Origin: Catajapyx aquilonaris
Lineage: Eukaryota
Reading direction: 5' to 3'
Length of the DNA: 63,592 bases
Assembly (NCBI GenBank): GCA_000934665.2
Contig: KZ538670.1
Coordinates: 1-63,592 of the forward strand
Shown here: positions 26,157-39,440 of the stretch, one piece after another
Position numbering within the stretch: the first letter of the stretch is position 1
Layout: every line of letters begins with the position of its first letter
Program-made: the position numbers and the translations under genes
The notes under the pieces: model-generated
Told to the model about the DNA's origin: nothing
What the model saw: the letters and a program-made list of their open reading frames with translations, nothing else
The model's database searches: none

Positions 26157-29100
26157 GTTGGGTTATGGGGAGGGGGGGTTGAGTGTAGTGAGTAGAGTGT
26201 GTCGATGGTGGGTTAGAGGAGTTTGTGGGGTAGGGAGGGAGGGCTTCCTGTGGCCTTCCGTTGTTCCTGTTCGCTCCCATTCACAGCTTTTCACTCTGGA
26301 AGGTTGGGATTGTGACGTCATGGCGCCGGAAGTGCAAATCAAAGGCGGAAGGCCTTCCTGTAGAAGAGAGAGAAGGGGAATTGAGGGATTTGTGGGGAAG
26401 TAGGGGAGGAGAGGTACAGATTTGCTCTAACTGACACTGTGGGAGGTCTATGACCAGCTCTATAGAATAGGATAGGACTTGATACAGTCTTTTTTTTATA
26501 TACCCAAATGTGTTTTGGTGGGAAGACGATGGGCTAGTGGCAAAGGAATTCGCGGCAAGCAAAGGCGAACGTGAGCGTGGAGCCAACGCCCCCTAGCTCC
26601 CCCCTCCTCTCCCTCTAATCCCTCACCACCTCCCTTATTCTGGCATTGTTTTTGTGCCTCCCCCCATTTTCACATTCCATACCCTCCCCCGAACATTGGC
26701 TGCCATTTTTTTAAATAAAAAAATATGTTAAAATTTTAAATGGCCTAACTGAAAATAGTTGTGGTTGGGATTAGAGACCAGTGACCTTGAACCTGGAGGA
26801 AAGGGGGGGGGGGAGACCGGATTTGGCATAAAATGGAACAAGTGTTGCTGCCGGAAGGAAGTGAAGGATTTCGACATGATAAGGGTAGAGATGGGGGATA
26901 GGGGGAGGGGGGTTTATGACATAATTAATGACTACTATGAGACACGTGCTTTTCATTCATGGACCTTGGCGTTGACATATGTGTGTTCCTGGGGTCCAGT
27001 CCTTCTTTTCCTCCCACACACTGGCACGCATCCGATGACATTTTAGCCTCCCAATTTTGTGTTTACGAAGTAATGTGTAAACATTTTTTTGCGATTAGGC
27101 GTTTCGAAGCTTGGGGAAAACATCCGGAAATGAGTGAGTTGCTCAAATTGGATTTTAAGGGCCGAGACATACTTCAAGGACTGACTTGAACTTCTGATTA
27201 GCTGACATATTCTTTAGTGTTTGTTTGATGGGCATTCTTGTGCAAGTGAGACGAGAGTAGGAGGATGAAACACCCGGTCAAATTCGCGCGTGAATCACTG
27301 AATGTTAGTACAGGGGGTTTCATTATATTCTTTGAAAATGTTGTGCAAGGGTATGATCGAAGTTTTCCGGTAACGCTATCCAACTCATGCATCTGGCGCA
27401 ATGGCATGTCATGAGCCACCAAAAATGGCGATCTTCGGTGACATTTTGACAGTTCGAAGATGTCAAAAGTATAGAGTTCCGACAGGCAGGGTGGTGGCAC
27501 GAAGGAGTGACGGAAGACAAAACAAAACGAAAAGATAGAGGTACAAAATGACATGTGAACGACTGTAACCAACGTAGGCGTACATGATGACTATGTTGGT
27601 TGTGTAAGGGGCTGCAACAGGTTTTGCAATAAGTTTTGTGCATGAAGCACAAAAATGCAATTAAGTTATATGCAATACGCAGGATATTACGCAATATAGA
27701 CTGAGGATTCGTCACTAGGATATCTATCCCGCTTTTACCATACGGTATTTATCGCGGCTGATGATAATCTGTTCTTGAAAAAGAAACATAATAACTTCCT
27801 GGGTGACTCAGGCAGCCTATTTGTGGACCATGATATTAATCCATTCATTTGGTTTTGAGTCAGGATTGGATTGCATTTTGGGTCCTGGTACTGAAATGCA
27901 GGACGATTAGAGTCACAATTTGGGTGGTAAAATCATATTTCTTATCTAGAGAAATTGACTGGACCCCAATAATTAGGCTCAACTTCAACATGAAAAAATG
28001 GTGGGGGGTGCAATAAAAAAAATCTTCATTTAATACCTGGACATAGCAGATGTAAAGTAAAAAATTATACATGATGCTGTGGCACACCCTTCCGGTCATA
28101 CAAAAAACTACTTGTGCACATCTGGCTGAAATAGTTTTAAACGGGCTATATATTTTTTTGGTGCAACTCCACCATTTCTCAGGCTGGAGTTGGTCCCTTG
28201 CTCTAATGGGGCATTCAATTACAGTCCCCTTGCAGATGTGTTTGAACGGAAATTATCCTGTAAGGAGTAATACAAGATCTTCAACCTTCAACCCCTCATA
28301 TCTCGAAATGAGTTATGCATTTTAGGTCTTCATATGTAGTTAGGCGACTAGTGCATCTCTGGCCAGACGTGTTCGAGATATGGTCGAGATGACTTATGTC
28401 GTCCGTCCTTAGAGTGTTATTGCACCTTATGTGGACATATAAAGATCATATGAATAATTTGTCGAGTAATTTGGGAAATTATGGATAGTGTGAAATGACG
28501 CCGAGGAGTAATGATACGAGTGTGTGAATTCTGTACTTATACAATGTAAAGCCGACTTGCTGAGAGATGTCGTTCACTGAATGACGTAGACGGAAATAGG
28601 AGCAGATAAGACCGTTTCCTTTACGTAACGTAATCCATCTTACTGTGCTACAGGACACCTAAAGTCCTCTCAAATTCGTATATAACAAGTGGCGTATAAC
28701 AGGACTTTGCCATTTTCAAATGAAGTCGCAGACTCTTTTCAATGGCGATTCACACCTTCCGAATCCGCATTTACCTGTACGATCCGACTGACTTCTACAC
28801 CCTATATATTATCGTAACTTGTATACAGGACATCAGTTTGTTCAGTCTGATACTTCAGCCACCTTATGCAGTATATTTTTCTCCTAAATGGCCGCCAGTA
28901 ATAAGTAACCAGTCCACGCTTGGCCTAGCCCAGCAGTGCATAAACCTATGCGTCCGGTACGGAACGGTACCCATTAGGTGTGTATAACTTGCAGATGGGT
29001 TCAAGGACATTACCACATAGATCTGTATACCCATCAGAATTTTGGCAATATACATATTGGGAGCTAATATCACAGGTGACTAAACTCTGGCTGAGTAACA

Positions 29101-29270
29101 CCGGGTGGGAAGAAGCAAATATAAACAATCTCACGACTGATGTGATTCTAATGAAGACACTTGGGTGATTCACTGATGCATCTGCTCTTAGTCACCATTT
29201 TATGGAAAACTGTGTCACGTTGGTTCACCCTATTATCAACTGAATCTCCACTGGATATCATAGGATGTCA

Positions 29271-29420
29271 CTTTACTTTAGTGGGGGCTTAACGTCGGCC
29301 TATTTCTGCCACTAGGCTCCACACCGACAACCCCCTTCTGGAAATTTGGCCACTCTGGGGATATTTAACGTATCGCGTACTCTCACTTTTCTACCACCCG
29401 GAGAAAAGTCACCCACCTCG
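29271..29420 (-). mobile_element. Truncated, internally deleted copy of the 13124-13413 SINE
   Basis: Reverse complement matches cgaggt(c/g)ggtgacttttctccgggtggtagaaaagtg, agagtggccaaatttccag and gcagaaataggccgacgttaagcccccactaaagta. The tRNA head is missing. Confidence 0.88.
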
Positions 29421-29869
29421 TCTACTTGAGCAAGATTTATATACATTTTCAAAAAAATGAGAGGCGACTATTGGACCGTGGGAGGCCAGAACGTCCTTCA
29501 CAAAAAATAATAAAAAAATAAAAAAATCGTCACGTCGACCTGACCTTCCCATTTTTTTTTCTGCATCCAGCGTGGATGTAACACCAAGCGGAGATGAATG
29601 AAATGGATACAGGGCAGACCTAGTGGGAGGATATACCGTATTGGCAGGTGTACCTGCAAAATATGATTGGGGATGGCCCACATATTCCCCTAAAAAAACC
29701 AAAATAGTAGGGTAGAAATGGGCATGAATTAGGTGGTGTGAATGGGAAAGAGGAGGATCCGGTAAGTGATAAGTCGAAGGGGGGGTGAGAGAGCAGGGGT
29801 GTGGTAGTGAGGGGGACCCCTGGGCCATTTCATTCAAGCCCGTCTGCAACAATGGCCTTGAGGAAGGTC

Positions 29870-30035
29870 CGGATTGGCCGGCCCCGCTGGGTGCTCCCTG
29901 TGGCTCCGCCCCCGGTGCGCACCCACCCCGGCTGGCCGCTTGGAGCGCACGGGGAGCGGAGTCGCGCAGTGAGTGCCTGCGCATCGCGCTCCTACACTCA
30001 GTCCAGCCGCGGACATCGCCAGGTACGGACAGCTA
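29870..30035 (+). promoter_or_regulatory. RNA polymerase II promoter (Inr + DPE, CCAAT, GC box, MRE-like cores)
   Basis: CpG-rich. ATTGG at 29873-29877 and CCGCCC at 29906-29911. TGCRCNC cores at 29915-29922 (both strands) and 29943-29949 (-). Inr TCAGTC with A+1 at 30000, DPE GGACA at exactly +28..+32 (30027-30031), and G at +24. Confidence 0.7.
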
Positions 30036-30097
30036 GACCAGATGGGGTATCAGTCGGCACGACAGTGTGGTTGTCTCGGCTGACCGGTATGCTGCAG
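30000..30097 (+). other. Candidate first exon of an unidentified gene
   Basis: Starts at the Inr and ends at a consensus donor CAG|GTAAGT (30098-30103). Contains a uORF at 30042-30083 and ATG CTG CAG at 30089-30097. Confidence 0.6.
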
Positions 30098-31231
30098 GTA
30101 AGTGCGAGCGGTGCGTTCGAACGTGCGAGTGTGGGGATCGTGCCGTTTTTTTTTGGCCGGGAGGTCAGGTCAAAGTGGTAGGAGTAGATTGGGGGGGGGG
30201 GGGGGGGGGGGANCGTTTGTGACTCGTTTCGACCAAATGTACGATACATATCGAAAGGAACGTCCGGGTTGTTCAATATGCATGTTCGTGTCATTACCAG
30301 CATATTGTTGCACTGGCTAAGTTTGGAATGTTTCAGGTCTGGCAACACCGGACCCCTCGCCCCCTCTCATGCACCCTATCTATCCCTCCCCCTACCAATC
30401 CGGCCATGTCCCCCTTTTTTTTCGGTCTTAAAGTTCCAGAGAATCCTTTTCCTGTTTTTAACCCATTACCCCCCGCCACGAACACATACACGTGGACCGC
30501 CGAATGTCGACGAAGCAGCGATTAAAAATCGCGAGTGTGACGAAGGTGGGTGGGGGTGTGTACCACTCCCACGACCACGACCTTGGGTCCATTGTTGCCA
30601 TGATCCACGACACGGCCGCAATTTTGGAAAGTATTTGGAAGGGGGGAGTAGGGCAAGGCTTTTATATTCCCCCCCCCCCCCCCCCCCCCCCCCCCCNCCC
30701 CCCCCCCCCGCAGTCCAAAAGGCAAGGTGAGCAAGGGCGGGGTACGTATGGCCCTCCCCAGTAAGTCGAGCCCAAGATGGCCGAATTGCGAAATGAGCCG
30801 TGGGGTGGTCCTTGGGGCTGTTTGATTCACCGGATGTGATGGCGAGCGCTCAAATTTGCATCTGGCTATTCTGGCCTCGGGAGATCCACGTAACGCAACC
30901 GGAATGCTGAGCCATTTCGGAGGGGGAGGTCAACGGGTGGGTCAAAGGTCATCCAATTTTTTTTAATATATAGAAATAAGCGCCATCTCTGGGACAAACA
31001 TTTTGGACACCAGCACCCCTGGGAAGTTTAAAAAAAAAAAAAAAAAAAGGTTTTTAGGGTGGGAAGCCGACTGGTTCCTTTAACCCCCCCTTCCCCCTCC
31101 TTCCTTCACCCAGCCGTGGGAGCGTCTCTCCTTGTCGGGGCAGCTATTCAGGAATTGTTGGAGGGTGGTTGAGGAGGGATGGGGTGGGAGCTGTTCCCCG
31201 CATCTTTGGCTTGGAGGGGCCTTGTTGGGGT

Positions 31232-31234
<3 letters not shown>

Positions 31235-31271
<37 letters not shown>
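31235..31271. repeat. (AG)n microsatellite
   Basis: Dinucleotide run about 1.2 kb into the putative first intron. Confidence 0.97.
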
Positions 31272-31275
<4 letters not shown>

Positions 31276-31575
31276 GTGTGTTCAAAAGGGAGACGTGTGC
31301 GCCCAGTTATTCGCGGCCGGTTCCTCACTGGGAAAAACCTTCAAACTGCTTCATCAGATCGAGGGATTGGGAAGGGGTTGACTCGGACAACGCGGTTTTC
31401 CAAAAGAGGGTAGGGGGCAGAGAGCCTCCCTTTATAAAGGAGGGGTTTAAAAAAAATAAAATAAAAAAAAATAAGAACACTCCTTGTTCCGACCCCCTTC
31501 CATTCCTGGCACCCAATTAGGATGGATGATTTCCAACTGTTATTTATGACATCTTTTTATGGAGGCTGCTTCAGA

Positions 31576-31654
31576 ATTCCTGTAGCTCAGTGGCAGAGCA
31601 AATGTCCAAGTGCATACATGGGCATGGTCCCAGGTTCGATTCCTGGTGGGGATG
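31576..31654 (+). pseudogene. tRNA-like sequence (tRNA pseudogene or SINE head)
   Basis: A box TAGCTCAGTGG, D-arm GCTC/GAGC, T-arm CCAGG-TTCGATT-CCTGG and wobble-rich acceptor ATTCCTG/TGGGGAT. The anticodon arm is non-canonical and expanded. Confidence 0.6.
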
Positions 31655-32368
31655 GAGGAAGCAGCCCCGAAAAGTAACCAAATTGGATTCCCTGACCTTG
31701 TTTTTTTTTTGTTGATGACCTGATCCTGCTCCTGGTTCCAAACCCCGACCCCGTGTAAAGGAGGCGATGTTGCGTAATTTATTATGGGTTGAATATCCCC
31801 CTCACACTTCTCATTCTTTTCGTGGGGGTGATGAAATTGTGGCTCTATTTAGCACCCTACCCTCAGATGCCACGTGGATAATTAGGCGAGTCCTTGGCAG
31901 GTCAAATGGGGGCAACATTCCGCAGCTGCGAATGTCGAGGCAGGCCTTCAGGAACATCTAGAGAGGTCAAATTTTTGCGAATAAATTTTTCGCCATGTTT
32001 GAGAGGGTGAATTGCAGCTTGGAAGGAACCCGAGTTCAAAAATGTGGAGGAACAACCGGGGTGGTCTGATCGATCTGGCAACCAGTGATGGCCACTTTGG
32101 ATCTGATAGCTGGCCCCGCCTAATTTATTAATTAAGCACTTAGCAGGCATAGTTTGCTAATTGCGCATCAATTTGATCCACTTTCTGCGAGGACACCTTT
32201 TCGGCTCTTGATAGGTGGAGCCACACGATTCGAATAACCAATAGCAACCCGGATCAAATTTACGCGAAATTGCATCGGGCATGTCCATTTCCGTCTACAT
32301 ATGCGATATGATGTTTCTATGGACTTATTTCACACTTGGATGATAATGGAGACGCAAACATGGCCCAC

Positions 32369-32371
<3 letters not shown>

Positions 32372-32454
<83 letters not shown>

Positions 32455-32567
32455 NNNNNNNNNNNNNNNNNNNNNNNNNNNNNNNNNNNNNNNNNNNNNN
32501 NNNNNNNNNNNNNNNNNNNNNNNNNNNNNNNNNNNNNNNNNNNNNNNNNNNNNNNNNNNNNNNNNNN
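32372..32567. repeat. (TA)n microsatellite followed by an assembly gap
   Basis: TA run at 32372-32454, then Ns to 32567. Confidence 0.97.
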
Positions 32568-35500
32568 GGGGGGGGGGAGAGAATGAAGAGAGTGGGGAGG
32601 CAGGTAAAAAGGGGGGCAGGGGTGCGTGTCACACGGGAAAGTCCATCGTCTGCTTCCCAGTATTCAAAGCAGACTGTCCATTTCGGCCTATTTTGTATAA
32701 GGGAGGGGTGTAAATTATTCATTGATTTTTGTCATGTCCTGTCCCAGACGTTCAGCATTGAGGCAAGTTACGAAGGACCTTATAGGCATATGGCACAAGA
32801 AAGGGGACCCCAAAAAAATGCTATGGGGTTAGCAAGTTATGGAAAGGAAGGCTATTGGGAAAAGGGAACGTGTTTCTAGGACGACTATAGCAGAAGCGGG
32901 TAAAGTGACCTTAGAGTCTGTATTCTGTAACGAACTGGCGGAAGTGGATGGCAAAATGCGACCTTTCCCACGTTTTTGTGGAGATTAGACAGTAATGGTA
33001 CGTCTTTTGTTTGTCGACACTTTTCAGGTTTTGGCACAAGCCATAAGCTATATGGCAAAGGGGAATCAGCTGGTCTTCTGAGATTTAGTGCCAACTATAT
33101 GGCCCTTAAATAACTTGTCATTTTTTTCTCCCGCCTTCATCCAGATGAATGTTTCTACTAATACGAGGCTATAAAAAAAGTAATGAATGAGTAGCGTCAC
33201 CGCCATCACGATTTTGTCATGACGAAAAGCCCTATGATTATTATGACGTTTTTTTTAAAAATATAATGCGTGTGGGATGGGCGTCCGATAATTGTTGAGG
33301 CGTGCGATATCGGACGCAGCCGGAAGCCCGCGCTTGAAATCCGTCGCAGACGAAACAAGCGAGATTGCGGCGAAGTAATTCGCTGGGACGCGTGTGTGTG
33401 CGTAAGGGAAGGACATGCAAATCAAGTCATTAGTCAAGTTTGGGGAGGGTTGTGTATAAGAGACTCCCTCTTGAACCCAAATGGGGAAGGCGTCATCTTC
33501 GCTTCTTGGCTGCTTAAGCGTGAAGACGTTGCATAATTAAAACGGAGTAAGTTGAGCTTGAGGCAGGCAAGGATAGGACGTTGGCCGTGTCGTAATTTAC
33601 CAGTCGTTTCTTCCAAGAAGAGATAACAATGCAAATTCCTTAGCCTCAGGTGCATTTTCTTGATTCATGCCTCGTGCCTGTGTCCACATACTTGTACCGC
33701 ATTCCGTGGAAACATTCCTGGCGAGCCTATGTAATTATAGTGCGGATATGGAGCAACACAAATTGTAAGTTATGCGCTAAGGCCTACGAGAGAGAAACAT
33801 TTTTTTTTCCAGGAATGCCGCCACTCTAGACACCAATTAGTCCGGACGTGACGTCAGGTACTGCCAGGGTCTATTTCGGCTCAAGGTAGCAGACGGAACT
33901 GATTTTGATTCATATAAGCAGTATCCACCTTCATTGGTCAGTCCAGCTGACGTCACGGGCCGTTAAGCCTTAGTACATTTTCCTTATGAGAGAACGTTAT
34001 CAGGAGTTGAATAGATATGGGGAGTATCGTATAACAGGGACGAATTTGGGTATTGTCGTAGCTGATATGCAAGGTAATATAACATGTTATGGCAAATATG
34101 ATTATCGGACTGATCATGGATTGAGGCACGATTAAGAACTGATTATTCGTAGTAAGAGTGCGATGCAGGAAGTGTACAGGTGGCAGTCGCATTGTCCTTC
34201 TTGTAATGATGCATACCGATCGCATCGTTGTATACCAGAGTGACAAATGAGCCTTTTTTTTTGGCCGGATAAGTTAGGGATCTCTGTTGCATGCTCTGGA
34301 AAGGAGCTTCTTCCATTTTCGTGTCCTTGCTGGCGGAAGGCCAGATCCTGTACGATTCTTCGCCATTTGTAGTGACGGCACAAACTGGAGGAATATTTTG
34401 GCTATAGTCTGGGTTTCGTTTCGGTCTGGCGGTGCTGGAGCAGTCCAATCCCATTTCGTCAACGGTTAGGTTGCTTTCGTGTTTCAAGAGAGGGGCATTT
34501 TTTTGTAGCAGTTTTGCATCAGTTGGTTACAATATATCCTGTGTAGTTCAGAAAATTGTCGGTGATGATGTGAGGTTTTTTCATCCCGTTGATGTCTTGT
34601 AAGCGTTTTTGTGTTTCTTGCACAATTGTTTGGAGACCTCCAGGAAATCTCATGGGCGGTATCTAAAATGAAATAAAAAATAGATCCTGCAGCCCAAGTC
34701 AAGAATCCTTGGCGAATCCCCTGTTCCAAACCGATTGTCTGATTCAGATAATTTATCTCAATTGTTGTAGGATCTATTGGAATAGTTGCATTATTTGCAC
34801 CTGTAACTGGATAGACATCTAGAATTTGGAAAAAAGGCTGCATGAAAACGGGACATGTCGATACTACCTACTCATTGTAACACTATGTTTAATACTCATC
34901 CCCATAATTTCCTTGTTTTGGTGTTCATTCTGTGTACAGGGATCTGTGTTCCAGGAGGAGTCAAGAGGCGAATATTGGCAATTTGATTGTGTCCGACCAG
35001 TCAGCCAGCTGCTATACAGAATGGTGAGGCATCATTGAAGGTACTCCGGCTATCGAAGAGTTAGCATTTTTTTTGCGACTGATAACATGAACAAGTATAG
35101 CGTTCTTTGTGGCACCTTGCAGCACAATGCCAACTGAATTAGCTCTCTTTCCCAGTATCGGAATCATATCGCTTATTTGCAAACCATTTTGATATTGGTG
35201 TTGTTAATGGTGGTATATCAGAGAAGCGATGTTCCATGAGTCACTTTCAAGCTAATTTGAGCATTACACAGTACATGCGTATAGCGAATGTTAACTTGAT
35301 CTAATATATTAGATACTAGAAAATAAAAATATCCTGGGAGTATTGTACAGGACATTAATTTCACATGTTAATGTTTAATGGAACATTGTAGAAATGCCAG
35401 AAGGCTTGAAGATATTTAGGCAATAGAAGACCCGAGTTCGATTCCAGGCTCTGACACGATTTTGTCACGGAGAAGAGCTTCGATAAGCTATCTTCGTGCG

Positions 35501-38500
35501 TCGCGTTGGTTTTCCCCAACTGCCCAAAAATCTCCCTTCTATCACACTCTCCCCACACCTAATGACTTCAATTTCTTCGTGTAGCACCCCACAAAAACTA
35601 AGCCAAACAGTTCTGTGCGCATTATAACGAGATTGACTGTTGTTGTAATGCAATTATTAGTTTAGCTTCGGACCAAATTTTTAATGTAACTGTCACAGGT
35701 TTATGGAACTATTGAATCCAGAGTAAAGGAACAATATGAAGGGAAAATGTAACGGTAATTTGAGACTGAAGGAACATATGGTGGCCCAGCCTGTGAAAGG
35801 CCATACAGTCCTTCTAGTCCCATTTATGACATCAATGACAGAAATTTGCAATTTGCAATAAACAAGAAGGTTAACAACTACCGTTTGTATAGCAGCCCTC
35901 GTCCAGTCCCGATAGTCTCATCTCTAGTCAGTGAAGAGACCCCAATGAGAGTGCTGGCACAGTTGCTCATTTCCGAAAGGTGTCCACATCCAGAGAAAAG
36001 TCCTCGCATAAATTTGAGACCGGGAAATTGCCCGATTGGGACACACTCTTTTCTGATGACGACTTCATAGCACCTAATTTGCTCCTGGTGTAAAAGACGT
36101 AACGTATGTTGAATTCATGCTGGAGCCTACCTTATAGAACTCGAAGAATGCACTTATTTTTGCTGTCATTAAACAAGTTATTAACAAAAATTTCTGCAGA
36201 ACAGGCGACGTATATTACACTTGCCCAGATACTAGAGAACAATTTTGCTAGCATGCGTAAGTGTTGTAAGAGTTATTGTTCGCAATAATGATATGTTGAG
36301 TCTCAGAACAGTAGTCCTACTAAGGTAACACTGAGAGACGATGACTCGCAACAGCATAAACAATGAAACTTAACAATTAAAAAGCTTGTGAAGTAGTATA
36401 CTAAGGCTGAATACAGTGTGTTCCAACTAAATTGTCTGTAGTAGTTGGCGATTCTTGCTTCTAAGCTGATTATTTGTAAGTTACTCTTGCAACATGCGTT
36501 TAGTGGTAATCAAAAATATTAATTCTAATATTAGGTCTAATTGTAAAATCTTTAAGCTGATGCATTGGGATTTGATGGTCCAAACATTGTCATAATGTCT
36601 TTATCTTCTAAATTCATCGCAATTCAGGGCCTGAATGAAAGCTTTCATGCAATGTCAAGCTGTCAGCTAATATTTTTGATCACTATACTAAATGAAATTG
36701 TTGCAAAGTAACTGATTAAAAGTAAAGCAGCTTAATGGCAGAAAATCTCGAACCATTATGAACATTTATATTTGAACACGCTATATCTTTTCACGTAACC
36801 ATCCTAGATGGTCGGTTTTTGGTGAAATGAAGCTGCTTTCCCAACGACCAATTGACAACAAGAATTTGCAAATTAATTTACGAATGGTTAGGCTGTAATT
36901 CAGTTGCGCCGAGTAGTGTACAATACTGGTTTTCAAATTTACTAGCGTTGCATTAGCCTACGTTGACGATCACGCAAATTAATCGATTCACTTTGAACAA
37001 TTTTAGTTAGTTTTTGCCGCACAAGATTAATAGCGAGTATTTTGCACAGTTTCTAATCTCATGACTTATTTAGTGATAATTTCACAACAGAATTTAATAA
37101 TAGAAGTTGCGTCAGAACATTTTGATATTGTATCTATAGTTGATACGGCAGCCGTTCAAAAACACCGTTCGAACGACGAAAATCATGGTAAAGCAACGCG
37201 TGAGAACATTCGAGAAAGGACAAGAAACAAGTTGGTGAATATGGTGCAGGAAGAAAAAAAAAAAGAAGTTCCCCTGAGAAGCAACCTCTTATTCACGACC
37301 TCTGAAAATCCAGCCGCTGCAACCAATTCATGTGCAAATATCTTGGGGCATCCATGTCCATGCCGCATTCAGAAACTTGGAAGGTAAACAGGGTTCCAAC
37401 AATACCTATTGAAAAGCAGGAGAAACCAAGGAAGAGGGGATGCTCCAGACACGAAATATTTTTCACTAAATCGTGCTCTTTTTAGTGGCCATGTAAGTGT
37501 TTGGGACAATAAGAGTCCCGATTGGTTAGCAGATGATGGCTGATTCGAGTGCGAAACACTCGAGGAGCGAGCTGCAGTAGCGTGCGTCAAGATGGCGTCG
37601 GTTAGACCCACGCCTGGGTTCAGCCCACCCCCTCAGCCACTCTGTAGTACTCAGCCAATGCACCCTACTCATGCAGAAGCTGGTTTTAAATGGACGAATT
37701 AGTGGGCGGGTTGAGGTTCATGCTAAACGAGTTGCTTGTTTAAAACCCAACTTGAGATAATTTTTTTTTAAAAAAAAGAAGGGGAGAGTAATGCAAATGG
37801 CCAAGGATTTTAAAGGGCGGGTATTTTTTAAGTATTAAAAAACCAGGGGGGGTTTTTAATACTTGTTTTGACTTTTTAGGGGATAAATATTGATGTTGCA
37901 GGGCTGTCAACTTGTTTTTGTTGTTGGCATCAGGGCTCGTGGCACGTTTTGGCGTATCTAATTGGAAAGTGCAGTGCAGCAGGCTTAAAACTGGCACTTT
38001 TCCTACATGATAGTGCACATCTATATACTCATCGGGTATCAACAAAAATTGCGAAGTTGTTCGTCAACATGCATGTAATGTCTAAATTGAACGGCGTAAT
38101 TTAATAGCATTAGGACAATTTTTGCAGAAATGACACTTGACCACTTGCTATTGCTGGCCAACTTCACCCAACGCAATATTGAATGGTACTTTTGGTATGG
38201 TGGCGCCCAAGTAGCTAGACTCCCCGTACAGTATACATACTGTCTAGTAATAGGCGATTAGGCAAGGAGAGTGGGCTTGTTTTCTCCCGACTTGCCTGGG
38301 AGGAATGAGGAAACAAATCCTGGAGGCGCTTTTCTGGGCGCATTTAATTTCGGAGGGTGCCCTGGCGCCAAACTGGAGGAATGCCAGCAGGGCCTTGCGG
38401 TTTTGGCCTAACTCTCGTCTCGTCTGCTGCTTGCCTGCGCGATCATGCCGACGCAGGTGAATAGACTCACCATTCCACACACTTCCTGCTCGGCCACACA

Positions 38501-38959
38501 TACATGGGTGGACAAAATTCATCAGAAGGACAGCAGGTCCCAACTACGTTCCAGTAGATCGGGAAGGGGGTGTCAATATGGGTTACTAGCTGTCAGATTG
38601 GCAGAAATCACGATTTTAGGTAGTATCCGATTGACATGAAAGTATAGTCGCAAATGTACTTTTTAACACTGTACATTTATGATAAGATAGATTCTTGAGT
38701 GTGGCCTTGCTGGTGGAGGATAGACGAACTAGTTGCAAGACTTCATAATACGCAATTATGGGATATAACCCTATAGTTTATGACATGTAAAGTGACACAA
38801 ACCATATGAGGTAACACGTTTTGTAGTGCGTGGCTAGTAGAATAACTTTTGAAACGTACCGCCCTTGGCCAGCCTGTGCATAGAAGGCTGCATGGGTGAT
38901 GGTATGCCAACCAACCCACATAAAAGCTAAAAGAGAAAATGTCGATTATAGTTTTATAG

Positions 38960-39440
38960 TTACCTAAATTTAACTGATACCATGGCGACATGACATATAC
39001 ACAGCACAATATTCGATTGGAAACGCGAAGAGATCCTGTCTCATTTCCTTATATAGGAACATAATATTTTTTGTTGACTCGTATACTTCCGATGACACGA
39101 GGGTAGAAGGGAGTTGAAAGATTTGGTTTTTGTCGTGTACGTAGTGCAGACCTTGGCTGCGATGAGGTTCGCAAACAGGCCTCCTCTGGCCGATCCGGTT
39201 CCGTATATATGCGACAAGGTCTCCCAACACCCCCACCGCCAACCGACATACCCCTCCCTCTTTCCTCCTTCGTAACTCTCTTCCTCTTTCTTCTCGTCCA
39301 CAAGGATGACGCTATAATTACTCTCAGAGCATATGCTTTCTGTCACTTGGGCGACCATGTCACAATATCGATATTCATGGTTGTGTCTACTGTGGTTTTT
39401 GTAAACGTTCCAAGTCCATGTATCCATTTCTAAAAATCAG
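38960..39440 (-). mobile_element. Decayed 3' fragment of an RLE-type (R2/NeSL-like) non-LTR retrotransposon
   Basis: Frameshifted minus-strand translations give, in order: KWIHGLGTF...KAYALRVII; WGCWETLSHIYG (CCHC-knuckle ETLxHI motif); NLIAAKV; RQDLFAF (RPD-like); VYVMSPW (DVxxP-like). This order matches RLE element C-termini. Confidence 0.5.

Noticed and set aside
17377..32879. ORFs rich in poly-I, L, Y or IY
   Set aside because: Translations of microsatellites and N-gaps.
34270..34843. Minus-strand EQGIRQG and KWDW...RTRKW peptides suggesting a LINE reverse-transcriptase remnant
   Set aside because: No YADD motif. The GIRQG-encoding DNA (caggggattcgccaag...) equally resembles a hAT terminal repeat, so the evidence is ambiguous.
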